This document shows positions 57,733 to 64,000 of a stretch of 64,000 bases of DNA, piece after piece. The position numbers were made by a program, and so were the translations under genes. The notes under the pieces were generated by a model that did no database searches, had not been told where the DNA came from, and saw only the letters and a program-made list of their open reading frames with translations. Numbering within the stretch: the first letter of the stretch is position 1; every line of letters starts with the position of its first letter. Source of the DNA: an uncultured Porifericola sp. (GTDB lineage: Bacteria > Bacteroidota > Bacteroidia > Cytophagales > Cyclobacteriaceae); contig CAZZGE010000002.1 of NCBI GenBank assembly GCA_964653665.1, forward strand, positions 2,047-66,046, in the 5' to 3' direction.

Positions 57733-60126
57733 CTAGAAATCTATGACAATACCGATTGTTGGCAAAGCAGCACTATTATCAGTATCTGGTACCTGAACCA
57801 GACGCCTGGGTTGCAGGATTTGCCCATTATCTCCCCGGTCAAGCGAATAGGAGGGAGGGTTGGGCAGGTCGTTGGAAAGCACATTCGTAACTTCCAGAAA
57901 AGCGTTAAATGTCCAGTTGCTAAAATTCCACTTTTTATCAATGCGGATATCTGTCTGGTTAAAGGCCTGTAGTCTTTCTTCTCCCAGGCGATTGTAGTCG
58001 TTTACGAAAATGGGGTAGGTGTCCACCGATTCTTCCAGGTCAACCGGGGGAAATGGGGTAGGGCCAAGGTATCTGACACGAATCCCGATCTCCCAGTTTT
58101 TCGGCAGTTTATAGCCACCGGTAAAGGTGAGTAGATGACGATTGTCCCAGACAGAAGGAAGGTATGTTTCTCGGTCCAGTCCGGTAAACTCACTCCAGTA
58201 GAGGGTGTAGGCCAGGATTCCGTAAAAGTTTTTGTTGAGTTTCTGCTGCAGTAACAGCTCCATTCCGTAACTGCGGCCGAGGCCCACACTTTCAATATTT
58301 TCATTACCCAACACTTCAAAACCACCACCCAGGTTGGCTAACGAGACCCTGTCACGCACAGAAACAGGATAATTGTCATATCGCTTATAGAAACCTTCCA
58401 GGGTAATGCGGGTGGAGCGTCGGGGCAAAAACTCTAGACCGGCTACCAGGTGATCGCTCTGAATGTACTTGCTGTCCTGATTAAGGTAGTTGCCGGCATT
58501 ATCCTGAAACCCCAGAATAGTGTAGGGTGGAATTTTAAAATACCTGCCGGCTGAAGCATTGATAGTCCATCGGGGAGCAGCCACATAAGCTAAGGAAAGG
58601 CGAGGAGAAAAGGTATCAAACATATTCATACCTCCTTCTGTGAAGGTGTTGCCATCTATTCTTACGCCAAAAGAAGGTGTCAACCGCTCACCCAGGAAAG
58701 ACCTGGAAACCTGAGAAAACAGGCCAAAGCGAAAAAAATCAGTGTTTGTTTTGTACGTAATATCATTGATGGCATCAATGGTATTATTCTCGTAACGAGA
58801 ATACTGGGCCAGCAGCCCCCCGGAGATCGTCCAGTCACCGACAAAGTTGGTTTGTTCATAACGGAATTTGTTCTCATCTTCCACCGATTCGTTGCTAAAG
58901 ATGGCTCCCTCCTGATTCTCATTATCTTCGTACTGCGTAAAAGTATTGTTGAGGATATTGCCGCTCAATGTAGCGCGAAAGAAGCCATTGCCTTCGCGAA
59001 AGCGGTGTCGCCAGCTAAGCCCAATGGTACTGGTCCACTGTTGAATGACCGGTACCTGATCCAGTATGGCCTGCTGTTCCAGAGAGTACTCATCGGGCGG
59101 GTTGATTTGAAAATCGTCAATAGACCCGACTCCTACTAAGTTAACTTCGTTACGGTCGTCAACCTTGTGATTGATCTTATACTGATAGTCCCAGTAGTCC
59201 GGTAGAAAGGGCAGGTCAATCAGGCGAAATAAGAACTGGAGATAAGAACGCCTTGCTGAGACGATATACGTAGTCTTGGCCAACTCACCCTCCTCAGGCT
59301 TCACCAGGGGGCCTTCAAAGGTAAAGGCAGCTTCACTGGCACTAAGTCTGAAGTTGGCCCTTCTTTCACGGGCGTTACCATTACGTTGATCAAATTGCAG
59401 CACACCTGATAAAACATTATCGTACTGGGCAGGAAATGAACTGGTACTCAAGGTTACACCTTCAATAAAAGAAACATTGAGCAGGCCAACCGGGCCTCCA
59501 GCACTACCCTGGGTGGCAAAGTGATTGATATTAGGAATTTCAACGCCATCCAGGTAATAAACATTTTCATTAGGAGCACCTCCCCGGATGATGACATCGT
59601 TACGAAAACCCACTGAACCTGATACTCCAGGCAGAGACTGCACTACTTTGGCGATATCATTATTACCTCCCGGATAAGTTGCGATCTCTTCTTGTGATAG
59701 TCTTTGGATTGAATTGGGAGTCTCGGTAAGTTTTCCAAAAGGGCTGGCTTCAATGACGACCTCACTGAGCTCATCCACTGCTTCGTTTAAGCTAAAATTC
59801 AGGTCAGGGTTCCCTCCAGAACGCACCACTACATTATATCGGGTAGATGACTGGTACCCTACGTATGAGGCCACCACATTGTAAGTTTGTGCAGGGATGT
59901 TGTTGATCTGATAAAAACCATTAATATCGGTAATACCCCCAAGCTCGGTATCTTCAACTTTGATAGTAACGCCGATGAGTGGTTCTTCTGTTTTTGCATC
60001 TCTTACAAATCCACTGAGCTGACCCGTACTTTGGCCAAGAGCAAAATAATTCTGACAGCTCAACAGTAGTACGAGAAATAAAATCAAATGCCGGGGTTGC
60101 TGAAAAAAATAAGAACTTTCTAGCAT
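57733..60126 (-). CDS. TonB-dependent receptor with N-terminal carboxypeptidase-regulatory-like domain
   Basis: LSGFVRDAKTEEPLIG, plug IIRGG...ENVYYLDG, barrel ending IDF. Confidence 0.9.
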   Translation of the reverse strand: MLESSYFFQQPRHLILFLVLLLSCQNYFALGQSTGQLSGFVRDAKTEEPLIGVTIKVEDTELGGITDINGFYQINNIPAQTYNVVASYVGYQSSTRYNVVVRSGGNPDLNFSLNEAVDELSEVVIEASPFGKLTETPNSIQRLSQEEIATYPGGNNDIAKVVQSLPGVSGSVGFRNDVIIRGGAPNENVYYLDGVEIPNINHFATQGSAGGPVGLLNVSFIEGVTLSTSSFPAQYDNVLSGVLQFDQRNGNARERRANFRLSASEAAFTFEGPLVKPEEGELAKTTYIVSARRSYLQFLFRLIDLPFLPDYWDYQYKINHKVDDRNEVNLVGVGSIDDFQINPPDEYSLEQQAILDQVPVIQQWTSTIGLSWRHRFREGNGFFRATLSGNILNNTFTQYEDNENQEGAIFSNESVEDENKFRYEQTNFVGDWTISGGLLAQYSRYENNTIDAINDITYKTNTDFFRFGLFSQVSRSFLGERLTPSFGVRIDGNTFTEGGMNMFDTFSPRLSLAYVAAPRWTINASAGRYFKIPPYTILGFQDNAGNYLNQDSKYIQSDHLVAGLEFLPRRSTRITLEGFYKRYDNYPVSVRDRVSLANLGGGFEVLGNENIESVGLGRSYGMELLLQQKLNKNFYGILAYTLYWSEFTGLDRETYLPSVWDNRHLLTFTGGYKLPKNWEIGIRVRYLGPTPFPPVDLEESVDTYPIFVNDYNRLGEERLQAFNQTDIRIDKKWNFSNWTFNAFLEVTNVLSNDLPNPPSYSLDRGDNGQILQPRRLVQVPDTDNSAALPTIGIVIDF

Positions 60127-60141
60127 ATGAGTTAGTTATTA

Positions 60142-60176
60142 CAAATATATAGTAAATTTATTACAATATTGTTATA
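60142..60176 (-). promoter_or_regulatory. TAnnTTTG promoter element for the TonB receptor plus an adjacent palindrome (candidate MarR operator)
   Basis: Minus strand TATATTTG at 60149-60142; TATTACAATATTGTTATA (18 bp, one mismatched pair) at 60159-60176. Confidence 0.55.
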
Positions 60177-60206
60177 TACTGATAAATAAAAAATATGTTT
60201 AGATGA

Positions 60207-60878
60207 ATGTCAAAAGAAGTTGAAAAAGTGATTGAACTACTGACCCACTGGAAAGAATTTTCAGAAACAGGAGAAAGCAGCCTGAAGGCATTTGGTCGTT
60301 GGCTGCAGGAAAATGACGAAATTTTTGCAACAGTAGAGACAAAGAACACCGATGTTTCCTTTCGGAATCGTTATATTCATTCGCAGGTGCCTTTGGAAGA
60401 TCAGATTGTCCTGCATTGGGGCAGACTTTTGCGATTTACCCATCTGTGGTCCAAAAAGGCTCTCAAAAATTTACCTATCAGCTCTACAGAAGAATTTGGT
60501 TTACTCAAAACTGTAGAACTGATGGGTAGTGCCCGAAAAACAGATTTGGTCAAATTTACACTGCTTGAAACGACTACCTGTTTTGAGATGATTAAGCGCA
60601 TGGTCAGGTCAGGATTTCTTCGGGAGGAAGTAGATCCTGATGATAAGCGGTCCCGGAGAGTATCTCTCACCCAAGAAGGTAAAAAGCTTTCAAAAAGAAG
60701 CGATGTAGAGGTAAAAAAGCTTTCTCATCTTTTAATTGGTAACATTCATAAAAAGCAAAAAATAGCATTACTGCAAGTGCTACAAGATCTTGATAACTTT
60801 CACGCAAAAGTATACGAAAGAGAAAGTGATCAGAGCATTGATCAAATACTAGAGAAAAATATCACTTCTAAGAAATGA
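60207..60878 (+). CDS. MarR family transcriptional regulator
   Basis: wHTH with DPDDKRSRRVSLTQEG. Confidence 0.88.
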   Translation: MSKEVEKVIELLTHWKEFSETGESSLKAFGRWLQENDEIFATVETKNTDVSFRNRYIHSQVPLEDQIVLHWGRLLRFTHLWSKKALKNLPISSTEEFGLLKTVELMGSARKTDLVKFTLLETTTCFEMIKRMVRSGFLREEVDPDDKRSRRVSLTQEGKKLSKRSDVEVKKLSHLLIGNIHKKQKIALLQVLQDLDNFHAKVYERESDQSIDQILEKNITSKK

Positions 60879-60957
60879 TGAATAAGAAGATCTGGTGAGG
60901 TAAATCCGAACTTAAGTGCCCATAACGCAGCCAAAATTAAGACGAAGGATAGATAGA

Positions 60958-61647
60958 CTACTGCTTGACGAGTTTTTCTTTTTCTTTGTGCAACTGCCAC
61001 CATGGTACGCCGGGCGCGTTGTGATGCTCATAATGGTAACCGAAAAAATAACAGCTGATGAAAGCCCAGAAATGATTCTTGTTTTGCGTTGAAGACTTAT
61101 GCCTGTTGTCATGCTCTCCGCGATGCGGCAAATAGGTACCAAAATAAAACAACTGCAATGTAGCAAGTATAGAGGGTATGATATAGTAGAAAATTACATT
61201 GGGCTTGGGAAAGGCAAGCAGCAACAATTCATAAGTACCCGCCATGAGTAAAATCTGCCAAACACTGACATATTCTTTGGCAAACTTAAGGTACCAGGAA
61301 AAAAAATTACCATCATGGTAATCTGGGTCTTTATCGGAAGCTACAAAGCGATGGTGCATATGATGCTTAGGGAATAGCTTTTTGTAAGAATTGTAGGCAA
61401 ATAATGTAGCCGCTATTTTCCCGATTAGAGCATTTACTTTCTTGCCGGAAGAAACTGTACCGTGCATAGCGTCATGCGCTGTGATAAACAAGCCGGTGTA
61501 CAGGTGTGATTGGAGGAGTATAAAAAAGTAGGTGAATGGATTTGACCAGCTAAATTGATAAAATTGAAGCAGGCAAAACAAGGTAGCAAACCATAATAAA
61601 ATTATGACAACTGCTATCCATACGCCCTTTTCAAGCCTTAACCACAT
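60958..61647 (-). CDS. crtW: Beta-carotene ketolase-like protein (fatty acid desaturase family)
   Basis: TGLFITAHDAMHG, HHMHH, DPDYH, FGYHYEHH, PWW; crt context. Confidence 0.85.
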   Translation of the reverse strand: MWLRLEKGVWIAVVIILLWFATLFCLLQFYQFSWSNPFTYFFILLQSHLYTGLFITAHDAMHGTVSSGKKVNALIGKIAATLFAYNSYKKLFPKHHMHHRFVASDKDPDYHDGNFFSWYLKFAKEYVSVWQILLMAGTYELLLLAFPKPNVIFYYIIPSILATLQLFYFGTYLPHRGEHDNRHKSSTQNKNHFWAFISCYFFGYHYEHHNAPGVPWWQLHKEKEKLVKQ

Positions 61648-61650
61648 AAG

Positions 61651-62496
61651 TTACCACTTTAGAAGTTCTTGTTTTACTTCTTCCATTAGCCACATAGGTG
61701 TAGAAGTAGCTCCGCAAATACCCACTGAATTACCATTCTCAAACCATGCAGCATCTATCTGTTCTCTGCTGGAGATAAAGTAAGTACGCGAATTTTTTTG
61801 TTTACAAACACCGTATAACACTTTTCCGTTTGACGATTTGGTGCCAGATACAAATAAAATCACATCAAATTGCCCGGCAAAGTCTCGTAACTCTTTGTCA
61901 CGGTTAGATACCTGCCGACAAATGGTATCGTTAGAATTTATCTCAATGCCGGCATCTTTCAGTGTACTGGTGATCTCGTAGAATTTATCTGTACTTTTAG
62001 TTGTCTGGCTGTAGAGCGTAATATTTTTAGGAAGATCCTGTACATCAAGTTCATTTATGTCCTGAAAGACCACTGCTTCCTGATTGGTCTGCCCTAGTAA
62101 ACCTTCTACCTCAGCGTGACCGTGTTTTCCATAAATGTAGATCTTTTCATCCTTGTCATAAGAAGTCTTGATACGGTTTTGTAGCTTTAAAACTACTGGA
62201 CATGATGCATCAATCAATTCTAGGTCATTTTCTATAGCAGTGCGATAGGTGGAAGGAGGTTCACCGTGAGCTCTTATGAGTACTTTTTCCCCACGAAGTT
62301 TCTTTAAGTCCTGGTGATTGATGATTCTAAGTCCTTTTTTCTCCAATCTACTCACCTCCTCATCATTGTGGACGATATCACCCAGGCAATACAGGTGACC
62401 ATGTTCGTCTAAAATATCTTCTGCCATTTCAATGGCGTAGACTACGCCAAAGCAAAAACCTGAATTATTATCAATTTCAACTTTTAAATTAAACAT
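61651..62496 (-). CDS. ispH: 4-hydroxy-3-methylbut-2-enyl diphosphate reductase
   Basis: GFCFGV, IVHN, DASCPVV, HAEV, DTICRQV, SSN, GATSTP. Confidence 0.95.
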   Translation of the reverse strand: MFNLKVEIDNNSGFCFGVVYAIEMAEDILDEHGHLYCLGDIVHNDEEVSRLEKKGLRIINHQDLKKLRGEKVLIRAHGEPPSTYRTAIENDLELIDASCPVVLKLQNRIKTSYDKDEKIYIYGKHGHAEVEGLLGQTNQEAVVFQDINELDVQDLPKNITLYSQTTKSTDKFYEITSTLKDAGIEINSNDTICRQVSNRDKELRDFAGQFDVILFVSGTKSSNGKVLYGVCKQKNSRTYFISSREQIDAAWFENGNSVGICGATSTPMWLMEEVKQELLKW

Positions 62497-62548
62497 GACT
62501 AATTGGTTTACTATACCTTCACAAAAAATAGAGTATCAAAAATCACTG

Positions 62549-63382
62549 CTAGAGGTAATTAAAACGAGCGCGGAAATAAGTACTGACCAGCAGGGCAAAT
62601 TTCTTAGGATCAGGAATTCTAATTCTTTCCTGCGATATAGTTTCTGCCGAGCAGTTTTTGATCTTTTTAAATAAGTTGAGATAATAAATATATGCCAAAT
62701 AAACACCCAGTTTAGCGCCTGCAGGCAGCTGAAGGATGCCCTGATAGGCAGCGTCAAAATCCCGCTGAATGTCCAATTCTATCAAATCTTTAGCTTGTGC
62801 TGAGAAAGCATTGAAGTCCACTCCGGGGAAATATACTCTTCCCCTTTCTACATAATCAGCTTTGATATCTCTAAGAAAATTTACTTTCTGGAAAGCTGAA
62901 CCTAACTGACGGGCAGGTACTTTAAGGTGCTGATAGAGTTGTTCTTTGCCTTCACAAAATACGCGCAAGCACATCAGACCGACGACTTCGGCTGAACCAT
63001 AGATGTATTCCTGATAGCGGCTATCGTTGTAAGTGTGCATATGTAGATCCATTTCCATACTGTTCAGAAATGCGTCAATCAACTCATGCTCAATGTTGTA
63101 CTGCTGTACTACGAGCTGATAAGCATGTAACACCGGGTTTAAACTGATTTTGTCGTAGATGGCCTTATAGGTCTCACTTTTAAAATCCTGTAACAGGCTT
63201 TCCTTATCATGATCATGGAAGGTATCGACAATCTCATCAGCGTATCTTACAAAGCCGTAAATGGCATAGATAGGATAATGAAATCTTTTGTGCAGTGTTT
63301 TGATTCCTAGCGTAAAGGAAGTACTGTAGTGTTCGGTGATAAGTTTACTGCATTTGTAAGTGGTAAGGTCAAAAAGATTCAT
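62549..63382 (-). CDS. crtB: Phytoene synthase
   Basis: YSTSF, RYADEIVD, SAEVVGLMC, FQKVNFLRD, GRVYFP. Confidence 0.93.
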   Translation of the reverse strand: MNLFDLTTYKCSKLITEHYSTSFTLGIKTLHKRFHYPIYAIYGFVRYADEIVDTFHDHDKESLLQDFKSETYKAIYDKISLNPVLHAYQLVVQQYNIEHELIDAFLNSMEMDLHMHTYNDSRYQEYIYGSAEVVGLMCLRVFCEGKEQLYQHLKVPARQLGSAFQKVNFLRDIKADYVERGRVYFPGVDFNAFSAQAKDLIELDIQRDFDAAYQGILQLPAGAKLGVYLAYIYYLNLFKKIKNCSAETISQERIRIPDPKKFALLVSTYFRARFNYL

Positions 63383-63420
63383 GAGTTTGAAATTATTTAC
63401 AAGGCTGCAATGATTTGGAG

Positions 63421-64000
63421 TTAAAAAGCTTTGGCAACCTCTTCAGCCACCACTTGGCCCGAAATTAACGAAGGTGGTACTCCGGGCCCAGGAACGGTAA
63501 GCTGACCGGTGTAGAAAAGGTTATTCACCTTTTTGCTTTTCAACCTAGGTTTAAAGATAGCTGTTTGCATAAGTGTATTGGCCAGACCGTAAGCATTTCC
63601 CTTAAAAGCGTTATAGTCCTTTACAAAGTCATTATGTGCATAACTACGTTTGAAAATAACTGCATCTCTCACACTTTGACCTGTCAACTTTTCAATACGA
63701 TCCATGACAATATGATAAAATTTTTCCCGGATTTCCTCATTGTCCTCTAGTCCAGGTGCCACGGGTATCAATATAAATAAATTTTCGCAACCTTTTGGTG
63801 CTACGGAAGGATCAGTTTTAGATGTCACTGATAGATAAAACAGAGGATTGTCAGGCCATCTCTTATTTTTATATATATCTTCGGCATGAGGGAAAAAATC
63901 CTCGTCAAAGAAAAGGTTATGATGATTAAGATTTTCCAACTTCTTATTCAATCCAATATAGAATAGAAGGGAAGAAGGTGCCATTTTTCTGTTCTCCCAA
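63421..64000 (-). CDS. crtI: Phytoene desaturase, C-terminal part (5' end lies beyond the window)
   Basis: HHNLFF, GNAYGLANTL, NLFYTGQLTVPGPGVPPSLISG. Confidence 0.9.
   Translation of the reverse strand, partial: WENRKMAPSSLLFYIGLNKKLENLNHHNLFFDEDFFPHAEDIYKNKRWPDNPLFYLSVTSKTDPSVAPKGCENLFILIPVAPGLEDNEEIREKFYHIVMDRIEKLTGQSVRDAVIFKRSYAHNDFVKDYNAFKGNAYGLANTLMQTAIFKPRLKSKKVNNLFYTGQLTVPGPGVPPSLISGQVVAEEVAKAF

Noticed and set aside
1..64000. Many short alternative-frame and antisense ORFs in the ORF track (e.g. 31021-31596, 37783-38289, 50334-50858)
   Set aside because: They lie within well-supported genes and show no recognisable motifs; treated as shadow ORFs.
1..64000. CRISPR arrays, tRNA/rRNA genes, IS elements, prophage genes
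   Set aside because: No regularly spaced repeats, cloverleaf or rRNA-like sequence, transposase, integrase or phage structural motifs were seen by eye.

Overview
A gene-dense, mostly core-chromosome window from a Bacteroidota genome, probably Cytophagales (inferred from gldAFG, several T9SS cargo proteins, TAnnTTTG promoters and the crtI-crtB-ispH-crtW gene order). It holds about 48 CDS: sppA, folK, moeZ, msrB, gldAFG, a Tat-exported Gfo/Idh/MocA plus epimerase pair, a leucine-catabolism (liu-type) cluster, ddl-PASTA, nfuA-mrp, dnaG, an Lhr-type helicase, several catabolic enzymes, a MarR/TonB-receptor unit and part of a carotenoid cluster. I saw no tRNA, rRNA, CRISPR array, integrase or transposase. 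Best leads: (1) an intact 925-aa ORF that looks like a Type ISP/IIG restriction-modification protein with both methyltransferase motifs lost and a helical insertion in its DNA-recognition domain; (2) a lamin-tail T9SS cargo / small beta-barrel / ComEA-like HhH beta-barrel trio that could be a surface DNA-capture system; (3) an unannotated structured RNA candidate with its own terminator at about 5055-5200; (4) a rod-like inverted repeat of about 135 nt upstream of ytxH; (5) a DnaG lacking its zinc ligands. All family assignments come from motif recognition by eye, not from database searches.
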